64,000 nt of DNA from Azolla caroliniana (taxonomy: Eukaryota > Plantae > Polypodiophyta): assembly GCA_043228905.1 (NCBI GenBank), contig JBHGNT010000013.1, positions 13,144,001-13,208,000 of the forward strand. The letters run 5' to 3'. Positions 42,760-57,200 of this stretch are shown here, in pieces (the stretch's first letter is position 1; the number at the start of each line of letters is the position of its first letter). A model generated the notes under the pieces. It ran no database searches. It was given only the letters and a program-made list of their open reading frames with translations, and was not told where the DNA came from. The position numbers were made by a program, and so were the translations under genes.

Positions 42760-45520
42760 TTTATTTTTATTTTTATAAAAAGATACTTCTCATTAGTTAG
42801 GTAGAGTGTCTTTACACTCCAATATGTACAACAAAAATGTCATCATAAACATTCAACCACATTACCCTAGTGTGTGTTTATCATCTTGTAGTATGTAAAA
42901 TTACTGAAAAATACCATGTACCTTCCTGGTTGGGTTGCCAAGGTGGAAATAACTATTTTGACGTGGTGTAGCACCACTTTGGCACACCATCTACATAATC
43001 CACCAAAGGCGAATCTAACCATGATTGTTGAAAGGAAAGTCTCATTGCTTCCATCATGTTTGAAGTTCCTTCCAATTCTTCATATTGAGCTCGTATATTC
43101 GTAATCAGATCATACCATAGAGCAATGATTGTCTCCTTAGGTTGACTTTCTTCTTCCACGAGACCTACATTGCATCTAGATTTCCAAATGTTCCATAGCG
43201 TGATAGAGGCTATCGTGGGCCAGATGTCACTCAACCTATTCGAATACCAAATTTGCAATTCCCTGACTGGTTACATACAATGCATTTATAATTCTTTGCA
43301 TAGAAAAAGCCTTAGCCTACCCAGGTCTCATGATATCCAAGATTTCTTCTCCAATCTCCACATAATGCAAATCCCAAAGATATGGAGCCTTCTAGTCTGC
43401 TCTTCATTAGTATTCTCATCACTTTCGACCAAATGTCCTATCCATGAGAGCATTCCCATAAGCAATGCTCTAGGGATTCTCGTCATGAAGAGCACAACCT
43501 GCAGTTCCCATCAATTCCCCTTTTCTAATGCCAAGTGCCTATCGGAAGAGATTTGTAGCTACATAGCCATAAGAAAACTTTTATTTTTTCGGCTATCTTA
43601 GTGGCCCATAGTTGTTTCCAATATTGTTTTAGGAAATCATATCCAAGTCTTCCCTGATCCACTTGCTAGAAAGGCCCTCTGCTCCAAGTTTTGGCGTTGT
43701 AGAATACTACGGTCAAGCTTAGACGAATAATGGAAAAACTAAATATTACCTTTCGGATTTTTCCATCCTAGTTCCACCGGATCCCACGTCAAGTTCTTCA
43801 CACATGTATCCTCCAAGATCTAGATTTTAGAAGCTGCATCATTTTTGCATCTGTCTAGGTCTACTTCCCATTGTTTTTTTGGATCTAGTAAGCACTCTAA
43901 TTTGCATCCATTCTTGAAATTCTATCAGTGTAATGGAGCTCTTAGCACCTACATTAACTTTAATGTCCTGAATCACCCCTCTGGCATTGAAGCGTCCCAA
44001 CCATTTACATCCCTCAAAGACATGTTTTGCCACATGAGTTTCCCAAGGATACATCTACATAGAATTTCTTATGAGTGTAGTCATTTTCTTCCATTTTTTA
44101 TTGCCACTTTCCATTATGTTATTGTTGGTGTTCCCACCACTTAGCCACTGTGGACTGCCATTGCTTTTCTAAATCGACCCAAGGAAGTACCACATCCATT
44201 CCCTGCATTCTACCTCTAATATCTATAATGTTGGGATTCCATCAAAGAGATTGGCAATCCCACTCCATGGGAGAGGATGACTGTCTCCAATGTATTTCCT
44301 CCCTAAGCATCTTCCAAGCAATCATGATGGAGGGCATCAAACGGTCTTCGGGCACTTTGGAAGATTTGAGCTTCATTTCTTGTACAAAAAGCTATCCGTT
44401 TATCGACAACCATTTGCCTCCCGTTCTAGGAGACCATGTATCAAAATTTACGCCTCATCAACACTTTCCAAACTTCCTTGCCAGGGAGGAGACTCCTTAC
44501 TACTAATTTGCCCAATAATGCTTTGCTCTTGAGTTTCTGGATCAATGAGTCCAAGTCATGCCTCTTTCTTGCATCGTGTTGTTTTCTTCCTTGCAACTTT
44601 GGTTGCCACTTTACCCTCCGATTGCTTGCCCATAGAAATTTGCAAATATCAGATTTTATACCAGTTATACCTTTCTTGTCAAAAGATCCAACATGACAGT
44701 GTATGCCACATGGTTGGAAGCAATATCTGATTTGCTATGAATACTCTTCTCGCTAGTGAGAGCTGAGCAGAATTCCACTCCGGTTGTTGGCCTCCAATCG
44801 ACCCAGCCCTTGGACTTGTGCCAATTTATCTCAGCCCCTGAAACTCTGCAAAAATTGTTAATAAGATTTTCACATTTGCCACGGTTTTCTTACATCCCAT
44901 TGACAAACAACATCGTGTCATCAATGAAGGCTCATATAATCAACTCTTTATCATGCCCTGGAATCTACAGACCTTTAATCCTTGGTCAACAGCTCATAAA
45001 CTCGCCGAAAAAGACTCCGCATATAAAATGAATAAGTACGAGCCAAGTGGGCATCCTTGCCTTATCGAACGAGTTATTTCAAAACCTTGTCCCATATTTC
45101 CTGCAATTAGTACATAGCTCCTTGTAGATTTATACAGTGCCCACGTCCCTCGGATCCACCTATCCGGGAGTTCCATTGTTTTCAATATTTAGTCTAAGAA
45201 CGTCCAATTGACCCTATCAAAGGCATTTTCAAAATCTAACATAAGTATCGACGTTTCCTAGAGAGTTTGTTTAGGAATTTCACATGCTTCCCAATAGGTG
45301 AGAACATTGTCTAATATGCATCTCTCTTCCACAAAACCCGATTGGCCATTATGTATTAATTCAAACAAGTGTGGCTTAAGTCTACACACTAGGATTTTTG
45401 CATAGATTTTGTAGATCGTATTCAAGATAGTTAAGGGCTTCCATTTTTTTATGTATGTATTGGCAACGACGTCGTCTGATTGTGAAATCAAATAGATGAT
45501 CCCTTTGGCATCCATCTAGA
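42760..45520 (-). mobile_element. Degenerate 5'-truncated L1-clade LINE (RT plus C-terminus)
   Basis: WKPLTILNTIYKIYAKIL, GQSGFVEERCILDNV, DFENAFDRVNW, RSIRQGCPL, FIDDT and TLWNIWKSRC; many stops. Confidence 0.88.
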
Positions 45521-48500
45521 GTTTGACTTCTTTGGAATTCGCAACCCTTTAAATGGAGATGAACAATATAGATGATATCCATTCAATAGGCCTCATGGCC
45601 ATTTAAATCTAGGTGATCGACCATTCAAACACCATATCATAAATAAGAACCTTGTAAGAAAATTCTCATAGCCATTATTGAATTAATTTTGAAGGGAGAG
45701 ATGATGGCGATATATGAACGTCCACAAATGACATACAATTATTACAAAAACTACTCTACCTAGTTGTGCATAGGAGGGGGGATTTAGAATAGTAGGAAAA
45801 AAAACAAAAGTAGCTTTACAATGAAATATTAACCTTGTTTTTTAATTTCACTATTTGGATCTTCCATGAGTTTGGTTCTTTGTTCCATTAAAAGAGCGAA
45901 AAGATCCTCCCGATATCTTGTATCTAATGGAGAGAGCGAGTGAGAGATTTGCTAATGTTTATGGGGCGAGTAAATCTTGTTCTGAATCAATCAATTGCTA
46001 AAAAGGAAGACAATCAAAGAGCAAAACTTTGTATAGAAAGGACTCAAATTAAGATGTTTGTTAGGAATAAGTTATTTCTTATGTCAAGAAATCTATGGTT
46101 GTTAATCTCCTAGTAAATGTGCTATTGGATAATTTTGTATGAATTGTTTCCATAGGCCTTTTGAAACTTGATTTATGGACTTCTGATGTAATATAAAATT
46201 ATTTGATTGGGATCTGAAGTCCACATAGTTGCTAATCAATCAATCATGGACCACTAAGTGGGAATGCTTTCATGGTTAAAAAAAGATTGTTGGCATGATG
46301 CCAAGCCTCAATCATTCATTTTTCTAACATAAATTTGGTGACCATGTTAATAGAATAAATAAATGAAGTACATTATGTGATAGTGACATAGAGATGAGAT
46401 TATTGGACTTGATTAAAAAATGCGGAAGAGATAGAATCTAAAGAACTCGATGCTAACATGAAAGGTCAAGATGCATAGTAATGATAAATAATGGACATTC
46501 ACTTTAGAATGACCTTTGGAGTTAAGATTCCCAAGTCTAATCAAGAGTTGAATTGATATTTCAGACTTCCTTAATTACAACTCCTATGTCCACGTGCTTA
46601 ATGGTATTTTAACATTAAAGGTTGTATGAAGATTCTCTCCTCCATTTAGTTTTTCTCCTTAATGGAGTCGTTTTCCTCTTCTTAATTGGTAACTTCTTTG
46701 TTCAAGTAGAAGATTTTTCTTCTTTTCTTTATTGAAACATATTTCTTCTCCTTTTAAGCAAGCCTACTTGGTCTAAGTAAGTCTCTTCTTTTTGTTGACC
46801 ATCATTAAAGCACCATAAGAATGTTGGATCCTGAATAAAAGCACATGTCCAAATCTTGCGCTCTATTAGGTGAATAAGTTTACAAATAATGATAGAACAT
46901 GGTCCATAGAAAGCTTTAAAACAAACTTCTTTGGTTTTCCTAATTGCATAACAAATTATCTTTCACTTGAGGTTGACTGCATATTTGTAGGAAATAAGTT
47001 TTGCTAAAGCAAAAACCAATTACGTCTATCATAAGTTAATTTTCAAGCGCGAGTGGATGACAAAAGGCTATGACTTATGAGAGAATGGGTAATAACATGG
47101 TGGCATGGTGTGTTTTAGTCTCCACGTAGAATTCTTTCAATTTTCCATCATGGGGATCAAACAATACCTAAACCCTTCTACTCATTATCTTACAACACCA
47201 GATGGTTTCACTAACATAAATAAACATTGCAAAGGGTTGTTATGTTTCAAATGCATGGTTATGATGTTGGCCTAATGGTCTACTATTCTTCAATATATAA
47301 GTAGGGTGGGTGTTGATCATACATTAAGATGATTATGCCTCATATAGTACACAAACCATTGTCCATACCTTGCTCAAGTGGCACATTCTATGACTTGATG
47401 ATTATACATTAAGATATGGTGATTATGTTCAAGGGACCTAAAATCAATAATGACTCACTCTATATGATACATTGTTAATCTATATTAGTCTTTTGCCAAA
47501 AAAAAGGAAGTACAAATGGAATGGAAGTGGTCCATGTCCATAAGATTGGTCTTCACACTAGATTGGGAGTTGGTCAAAATGGAACAATAGTGAACTTTCA
47601 TGTATGTTGGTAGTTCACACATCAAGATCTATGAGTCCAACTCATCTATGGTCATTTAGTAAACCCTTCAAATGGTACCATTTTGTTTCACGGACCTAAA
47701 AGTGCTCTTGTTCTAAACCTAGCCTCGAATCCAAGTATGATCATTTTATGTGTTTGCTTCCCAACCTTATTAAGAAAAATTCTCTAATATTATTATAATT
47801 CCAATTGAGAAAGAGAGATTTTTTTTATATGTCAAGAGTGAGAAACCACCCAAAGTATGTATTGAAAATTTGATCCTTACATCTAGATGTAAATATTGAT
47901 TTAAGTAATACAAAAAGGCACATAATCACTTACAACTTACTTCATGCCATTGTGATCTCAACTTACAAAAGAATTGTCATGTGTAGAAGTTATAGATGTG
48001 ATAGCAAAGAGTTCACGCTAAAGCGTTCAATTAAATCCTCATGTAGCCTCGTGCTCAATATTTATGTATTCTCAATACTTTATAATGAGGCTATTGAGAT
48101 TATAGATGCATAGCATGACACTAGCTTCAAAACCATCAAAACCCACTTTTAATTCTTGTATAAGCAAATCCTCGCAGGATTCGAGATCTAGATTTAATGC
48201 ACAAAAATGAAATGGGAATCAATTTGAAAATTCAAAGCACAAGAAAACAAGTCCGAGAGCTTCAAGTGCTGACATCTTACCATAACAAGAAACTAGAAAC
48301 TAACATTACACAGTTCCATTGGTAAATGTAATGGCTATTTTCTTAGTATTAACATATAGTCATTCATCTTTAAGAATCAAGATCAACCCAAATACAAGGT
48401 TCAAAGCACAAGGAAATAAGTACAGAGTTCAAGATCAGGCATCAAAATTTTTAATTCTCATGGTTGCAACTGGCTAAGGAAATTAGTACAGAGTTCAAGA

Positions 48501-49504
48501 CCAGGCATCAAAATTTTTAATTCACAAGGTTGCCACTAGCCAGTTGAGATAAGATTGAATAAAAAATGTATTTCTTGAAGTTGCATATTGCGACGAAGTT
48601 GCTAGATGGCAGAAGTACACAACCTTGGTTTTACCATACATTGAATAATTACTGAACTTCCACCTTTGCATTTGCATATATATACATGGAAGCGAAACGT
48701 AGCTATATTTCACTCCTCACGTGCTATTAAAATGGTTAAAATTCTTAACAACACAGTTAATCTCGTCCTTGTAATGATAATGGAGTAAAATTTTAAAGGC
48801 TGAATCTTGTTCAGTGACCATTTATACGAGGACCAGTCACAACACACGTGATATACCAGGAAAAAGCTGGCCAGCCTTTTTTATTGAAATGCATTCATTG
48901 AAAGGAGAAGGTTAATTGCGAAAACATTTATCATCTAATAAAATCCCACCCCTTAGCATGCCTTTATTCAATTACAGAGCCAGTGAAAAACTTTTTGACC
49001 CTTGCATGTATATCTCTTTTTTTTCTTTTTTTTCTATCTTTCTTTCATTTTCATCTGACCCCCTTTTTCATGTAGTGAGAGATACAAATTACAATGGCAT
49101 TAATAAAGAAACATTACGGCCTGCAAAAGTGCAAGGCAAACAATTATTCGATGCAAACTATGCAAGAAGAGGAGGATCCTCGACCAGAAGGAATAGTGGG
49201 GTAGACAAGGAAGAGAAACTAAATCTTCCTCTTGCATCTTTCATCTTCTTCTTCTTCTTCTTTCAGTGAACATTTTAACGCGTGGATTGTTTCATCTGTA
49301 GTATTTTACTCTCTGGCAGCCCACTTAGTAATAGTAGCAATCAATCTTAGGAATGGCACATGGAGAGCAAAACACAACAGACATGTTGATACATCATCAT
49401 AAGGAGCGGAAACCTTTTACCTTCAAATCCCCCTCTTCTCCCAATTTAGGATTCATCTTCTTCTTCTACGTCTATTTTGCCACTTAATAAAGTAAGCCCC
49501 AAGA

Positions 49505-52500
49505 TCAAAATGTTGAAGAGGCAGACCTAGGTATACTAGCGGTTCTTGTTTTACGATCATCTTCAATGGATATCATTCCGAGATGAGATGGATCCTCAAG
49601 CAACATCTTAGCTACAAGGTATCCAGCAATAGACCACGTTTGAAATTTACGAGCTTGTTTCCCTATGTATCTACCTGTTGTGCCATCATAATACTCAGGC
49701 CAATGATCCTTTGAAAGACGGCTTTCCAAAAGCTCAATCGCTCGGCGAGCCATGTGGGGTCTACCTGTCTTTATACACGCGGCAGTGAACAGCCAAATAA
49801 GCACTGCATTACACAACCACACAAAGGTGTCAAAAGAGCCTTGCAAAATCACAATAAGTCTTGAGACAACAATATTGCACTATTGATTCCACACTGATGC
49901 ACATGATCAGGACATAACATTATGAGTTCTGTAAGCAAATTCACAAGAAGTCTTGGACATTTTCCCATTGTGATTCCTGCATTGATTTCAAAAGTTATGA
50001 GTTTATGTAGGACCTTACATTAATTCTCATGGTGAATCAGTGGTAGATCATATGACGTCCAGATTTTCCACTTCATGATTCATCACTTTATAATGTAGAT
50101 TAGGACCTAACAATATGATGCTCTGCAGGTGAATCACTACTATTGCAGAACTTCTTCCACTACCATTACCTCTTTTAATGCGGATTAGAACCTCACCATA
50201 CGAGCTTGTGCAGGCTAGGCAACGTATAATTAGCAAGGTTCCCATATGGGGAAAAGTCTACAACTGAACTTCAATTGATCAACAAAAGGTTGACAAAAAG
50301 ACAACGAGTTGAATCCCATGCATAGATTTCTCAATCCAACATCAAAAGTCAATGTAAAACAAAGAGTCGACACTGAAGCAAGATGTTTCACAACAGTGGT
50401 TACACAAAAAATAACAAGATAGGAGAGAACCAAGCCAAGATTTCTCAGATAGATTGTTCCATTACCTGGCCAAGAACCTCCATTGTGGTAGCTCCACCTA
50501 GTGTTCTTGGGATCACATCCAGTCACGATCTTCCATTCGTGACCCTCTAAAGCAGGATAAACTATCTTGAGAGGCATCTCCCCTATCAGATCCTGCCATC
50601 TCTCCTCCAACAGATCCATGATTCCTTCTTCCTGCTCTGGGGTAGCCAGTGATGAAAGAATTGCAATACAATTGCCTAAGCAAAACCACCTAAAATCCAT
50701 CCTCGCAGGGCTTACATTCCCTATAAAGTAGCCACCTTTCATCGGCATGAAATCAAACACCCAATCCGGGATCGAATCGGGAATCACGTTGAATTTGTTC
50801 ACAGCAGTGTGCGAATATTCCTCAGTTTTGTACCGATAAACATTATTTAGCTGCTCGAAATCTAACCAGAAATACGATCTTATGTGAAAATTTAAAGCAT
50901 GTAGCCGTTTATCGATCCTCTCTGACAATTCCTTGCCATCACCCTCAGCTTTGAGCATCTTTTTGGCACATCTTAGGGCCATGTAGAAGAGAGCTTGAAT
51001 TTCTATAGGATAGCCATATATTCCCTTCAAAATACATGAGTAGAGATGGAGATGAAGTGGCCGTCACATGGAATTCCAGAAAAGATATGCACCAAGCAGA
51101 TACACGATGGTGAAACCCATCAAAGTTAGCACATAGCATAGACTGAACATAAAAAAGATAGGCATCAAGCAGAGACAAGATGATGAAACCCATCAAAAGT
51201 AGCACATGATCATGTGGAATGAACACCAAAGAGATAAGCCTAGATGAGATAAAATAAGATGAGATGAGATAAGATGGAATGAGCAACAAAACAAATTATG
51301 CATCAACCAGAGTTGCAATGAAGGTCATTACCAAGAACACAGATTTGTCACATGGAATTGAACAACAAAAGGAGATGAAATCCAGTTCTATATAATCTCA
51401 CCATACGGCGATCGATCATGCAGCATCCATCAGCGCAAAGCAGGGTTGGGAAAGTATCAAAACCCTCAGAAAGGCACAAGCTCAACACAAGCCGAATGCC
51501 TCTCTGACAATCAGCAGTTTCTGCAAGGCTCTGGTCTCCAGTAGACTTAGTGTATGCCCTGAGAAGAATAATCCACCAGAACCCAGAATCTACAGGAGCA
51601 ACTCTACCAATTGCACTCTCTCCAAAGTCAGCCATAATGCTATCATTGTTCTTCACAGGATCATGAAGGACTTTGAAGCTTGCTGGCATCGCTCCTTTCC
51701 CCAGTGTGAAGTTGTCAATCCTCTTCTCCCAATTTGATTGTAGCCGTAGTGCCTTCAGCAAGAAATTCTTCACAATCTCTGGCTCTCCATTCATCAGGAA
51801 TGCGAGAGCACTAGGCACAAAATCTCGGACGAACACCTGCAGCAACAGGTTTGGTAGCTAGCTTCTTGAGTCTGAAATTTTATTTATCTTTGTTTGGCAG
51901 GACCAATAATTAGTGGTAAACATTGGGGAAAAGAAGATGGACATCTATGAATTGACTGCGCAACCGTAAACAGAAAGTGCAAGCCTATGAAACGCATGGG
52001 ACTAAAAATAGTCAGAGAAAAGCTCCAAATCTATGTAATGAAAATATAGTAATGAATAACCGTAAAGAATGTGAGGTATTTCCAACATAGCTACAAACAT
52101 ATATATACATGTCTCGTCATCTGAGCTTACTTATGCCACATTCTGACGTAAAAACACATGATATGAAGAGCAAAAGGAGGTCGGCAAAGTCCAAATGAAG
52201 ACCGTGACTTTTGAAATTTCTCTGCACAGTAAAATTCAAAAGGAACACTTGTTTTCCACCATAACAAATCTGAGGTCAAATTCATGGCCAAAACCTGACC
52301 TTAAATAGACTCTAAAAAGAAGAAGAAAGGAGGCCAGCAAAGGCAGCATTAATAAGAAAGGAGACGAAAGTATGGAGCTTTGTTATAGATTTCTACCGAC
52401 GGTAAAATGCATAAAATTCACTAGAGCTAGGCATTCATCTGAGATGAAGCCATGCATAAAATTCACTAGAGCTAGGCATTCATCTGAGATGAAGCCGCCA

Positions 52501-53290
52501 CCAACGGTCTACGCAGCACAATACTTTTTAGATTATGTTGACAGGTAAAACTCGGAAAATGCGGCATAGAGGAGGAGACTGGAGTAAGCTCACTCTCAGA
52601 TTATCTCCACGATTAAAATCTAGCATTAAAACCCAAATGAGGACATGATAAGGAAGCTTCATATATTCCTCTAATGTTTAGTTTCTAAGAAAAAAGCAGG
52701 AAGCTAAAACAATTGAAGGGGGAGGAACTTATCATCACCTGATCATAGTTGAGAGCTTCTTCAGAATGATCACTGGCAGCGATGGTGCCGACAGGTTTGT
52801 TACGATAATAGACCAGAGATTTGCGCAGAGCATCCCATGCCTCGTGGTAAAGAGGATGAGGTTCAAAGCCATAACGGTCAGATCGCGGCGTATCGAGACC
52901 AGATCTCATACTGGGGGAAGTGAGAAGAGCTTCCAAGCATTCGGAGCTCCTCACAGTCTCTAGAGTTCTGCAAGGTCGAGGGGAGGGAGCGAAATCAGTG
53001 AGGGGGCGGTCGTCGGACTCAGATCTGGACGCTGCCGCGTCTTCTGATCTGGCTGGGGCAGAGAAGCTGTCGAAGACAGAAGATTTCCTTGGAGGGGGCC
53101 CATTCCTGGCCGGGCTCTGCTGTTGCTGTTGGTATGGGTATGGGTATGGGTATGGGTATTGTTGGTGCTCTGATGCATCAGAATCCTTGGCAATTGGGGG
53201 TTGGAGGATGATGGAGTCGGGTGAGGAGGGCTCAGGGAGAAGATCGATGGACAGGGGAGTCACACTAAACATGTCTGTGGCAGCTTGCAT
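49505..53290 (-). CDS. CINV: Alkaline/neutral invertase (GH100), cytosolic type, about 614 aa; exons 53290-52739, 51836-51402, 51024-50466, 49803-49505
   Basis: [61 protein letters not shown] and WPEYYDG motifs; the four-exon structure is typical of the cytosolic group; 1845 nt in frame. Confidence 0.95.
52406..52497. repeat. Perfect ~45-bp tandem duplication in invertase intron 1
   Basis: atgcataaaattcactagagctaggcattcatctgagatgaagcc occurs twice. Confidence 0.9.
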
Positions 53291-53294
53291 GGTG

Positions 53295-53614
53295 CCTATG
53301 TATGTATATATGTATGTATGTATGTATATGTAGATGGATATGGATATGGATATGGTGTGTATGTAAAAAGATGGCGGTGGCGAATGGTATATGGGAAGCA
53401 GAAGAAGAAGAAGAAGAAGAAGAAGAAAGAAGAAGAAGTGGTGCTTCACTTAGTTTAGTTGCTTATATACATTTCATACATATAGACTATAGTAGTAGTA
53501 GTAGTAACCACGAGATTTGTTTGGGTGAGGAAATGGAGGATTAAGCGACACAGACAAGACAAGACAGACAGACAGACAGACAGACAGACAGGGGAGAGAG
53601 AGAGAGAGAGAGAG

Positions 53615-53661
<47 letters not shown>

Positions 53662-53901
53662 GAGAGAGAGACTCAAGAGCGCTGGCTATGGCGAGGACGA
53701 CTCCTCGCGAGAGAGAGAGAGAGAGAGAGAGAGAAGGAAGAGAGAGACGGTGGTGGCGGAGGGGCTTTTTAAAATAAAAAGAAAAGTAAAAAAAACAAAA
53801 GGAAAGGAAAGGAAGGGGAGCAGCGGCAGCCCTCCTGGGGTGTGACGACGACGGGCGTCTGACGTCATCCTGACGGCGTGCTGACGTCGTCCTCCGGCAT
53901 C

Positions 53902-53937
<36 letters not shown>

Positions 53938-54210
53938 CTTTTTTTTTTTTTATCTCTCCATTTTTATTTTTACTCCTTTTTTATTCTCTCTTTTTGACAT
54001 CTTCTCTGCGATCCATATACATATGTATGTATGTATGTACATACATATTATACATATTATATGGATCGCATGTATGTATGTACATACATATTATACATAT
54101 TATGTAATGTTATGTTATGTACACACTCTCACTCACACGTGTGTCCCCACCACCCAACTCAATCCATATACATAACGAATGAATACACACACACACACAC
54201 ACACACAAGC
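53295..54210. repeat. Dense microsatellite field in the invertase 5' region
   Basis: (tatg)n, (gaa)n, (agt)n, (agac)n, (ga)n, (gt)n, (ct)n and (ca)n runs. Confidence 0.92.
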
Positions 54211-57200
54211 TTCATGCCTTTTGGGTTGGGTGGCTGAATTGGCATGGCCGCCAGATTTGACCGCACTCACCCAACAACAGATAGATAGAGAAGGTAGAGA
54301 GCGAGATAGGGAGGATCAAAAAGAAAGGATCTTCACCACCAACTACATATATCCACGAATGTTCCACACGCACTCACCCCTCACCCAACAAAACCAAACA
54401 AAAAAACCAAAGCCAATATCTCTCTTCTCAATCCACATGTACTCAACAACTTTGGCCTCCTCTCATGACTCGGAAAACAAAACCTTCAGTCGTTCCATTT
54501 GGCGTTCGCATATGCGGATCGTCTACCACCCCCCCCCCCCCCCCCCCTCCAAATAAAAAATAAAAAATAAAACGCTGCTCTTGTTTCCCATTTTTCTTCG
54601 ATCTGCCACCCAAGCTCATGCCGATCATAGCCCCCGAGAATGAATGCCCACATGATCCAGCCCAAAGAAATCTCATTGTTCCCCTTCGGAGAACTAAACA
54701 ATCTTTCACCAAGTGCCACTCTCATTTACCATAATTCTTCCATTTGCCCACTAGGGGTCCACATCATCGATAGCCCTATCCTTGAATGCGTCGCCAATGT
54801 ATTAAAACCTAATCCTTTTTATTTTACTCATCTTCTTTCACCCGTAATTTGATGAACTTGTACTTAAGTAAACTCAACTTGCTTTTGTTTGATTTGTTGT
54901 GGTATGGCATCTGCGATTATGCATTGTAAAACCTATCAACATTCCATTACTTCTAAACTAATGTGGTTGAGAAGTACTATTATTGGGATATTTTTTGCTC
55001 TAAAATGATAATCATCAAACTTGCTCTCTAGCCTCATAGAAAGATAACGAATTAAGTTGAGAGTGAAGTCTAAACTTAGGACTTTCAATGCAAGAGAACA
55101 TCAATTGTGTTAGTTAGGTACAAGCGTTCAAACTTTCAAGTTCAGCAAATAACGACCAAATAGGCACACACAAGTAATACAATAAATATTACTAGCATTG
55201 CATGCATAGATTCTCAATTTAATTGCAATGTTTTGCAACTTCGAAGATATATACCTAGAAGGCAAATTTAATGGGAGATATGATTAATTAGACATTTCGG
55301 GAGGGACTCAAATTGGCTCCACAAAGGAATCATACTTGCCCCATTTCATATTCAAACCTTGCCCCCTTGATCTTACTATGAGCCAATTTGAATTTAAAAG
55401 GGGGTCTTCTCTCTTTAATTCACAAATTCATCGTGAGTTGGTTTCTTGCCCATGCAATTATTCTAATTTCATGGCAAAGGTCTCAATGCAAGGATGCCTT
55501 CAATTCTTAAGCATCGTTCCTTCGAATGGAAATACATCCAAAAGCAACAAGATCCATGTGGGTTCTCGTTGTGTAAAAGTTCATATGCTTTATACATACA
55601 TACGGTGTGATAGTCACATCTACCAAACCATCTTTCATCGAGAACTAGAGCCCACTGAAGTAAAGACGTTGTTGATGTCATGGTCTCCTTACATAGATTA
55701 CGTTGTGAATTTGAAACTTAAGAGGGGTGTCTTCTTCAAGTATACATACTATAATAAAGGAAGAATCTTCAATCACTGATAATCTTGTGATTATATTTAG
55801 GTCTTCATTTATGGACAAGTGTTGACTATGTATTTTTTTTGTTCATTGAACCTGCATAAATTAACATTGTTTGTTCCTTATGATAGAGATAAATGAATTA
55901 GTATAGTATTACTAGCTCACTCATTTATAATAATGTGTGAAATAATGCAGCATAAGTGCATTTGATACATTATATTTGTTTATAGCATAGAGGAGATGTG
56001 TGTGTGTTTTTAAACATTATACTCTCTCAGTTTATCTTTTCATGACCTACACTCCCCAAGCGAAATAAGTGTGGCATTGATCAATTACACATGTTGCACT
56101 ACTTTTCTTTTGATTATATTAAAACAAGAGAACTTTATAGAAGTCCAAGGGAGGGGGCCTTGGAAGGAGATGTAGTATTACGTTTAGGTGGTGTTGGTCT
56201 AGGATGAGATAAGGACGCTCCTTGAATAATGTGTATGTAGTGGAGATAGTAGACACATTTCCGAAGGTCATTTTCTGTGTTAGGAAGCGCATCAATACCG
56301 TTGTTCTCACATGTAACGTTTTTATATGAATTAGAAAACTTTGTGTGGAATGGGAGTTTTCTTTATATGGGTATGTATTTCACCTTGGCCAACACGCAAA
56401 GCTTAAATGTTCTAATATTAGAACAACTAACACAAAATCATTGCGTCGCTACAAGTTGTGACAATGCTTTGCAACACTTTAGGGATGCCCTTGCTTATGA
56501 TCCTCTACCTCGATAACATACAATGTTCCTTTAGCGATGTGATACCTCACAAGTTTTCACCCTTACACCTCTCATAAGGACCACCGAATGTTCGTGTAAT
56601 AATGAGAAGCACACCCTATTAACATCTCCATGAGTATGTCCTTTGCTTATGTGGACGACTTATAACTCATATCCCATGGACCCTTTTGTTAAGAGAAAGA
56701 CTAACGCAAACCAAATGATATCTAGCGGAAAGCACACCCATTAACTATCTCCACAATTCCTATTGTCATCAACAAATAAAACATTTAGTTGCTTCAACCT
56801 ATAAACATTTGCATGGGAATGCCCTTTGCTTATGTGCAAGACTAGTGCTCCCATATTCCACATGCCCTTTACTTGAGTGGAAGACCAAACGAAACCATAT
56901 CCTATCCTTTGGCAAGTACACCCAATAAGTATATCCATAGTTCCCACTTTCATCATGATAAAGTCATTTGATTGCGCATTTCACAAATATAGGTAACGTT
57001 CGGTCCCATTTAGTTATCTGCAAGTATGATGATCTTCACATAAGTTTAGATACTTTTTAAAATAGACGCATTTTGTCTATAATAATATATTCTAAGACTT
57101 GTAAAGACAATGTTGGTTGCCACTCTTCAAAAAACATATGGCCTTTCTTTCACCTTAAAATACATATACACACACATATACATATATGCATATAATTATA

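Noticed and set aside
46200-47800. Suspected decayed retroelement pol on the minus strand
   Set aside because: No motif could be read confidently.
53291-53449. Signal-peptide-like extension of the invertase ORF
   Set aside because: Translated microsatellites, with an AG acceptor-like site just before ATG 53290; probably intron or UTR.
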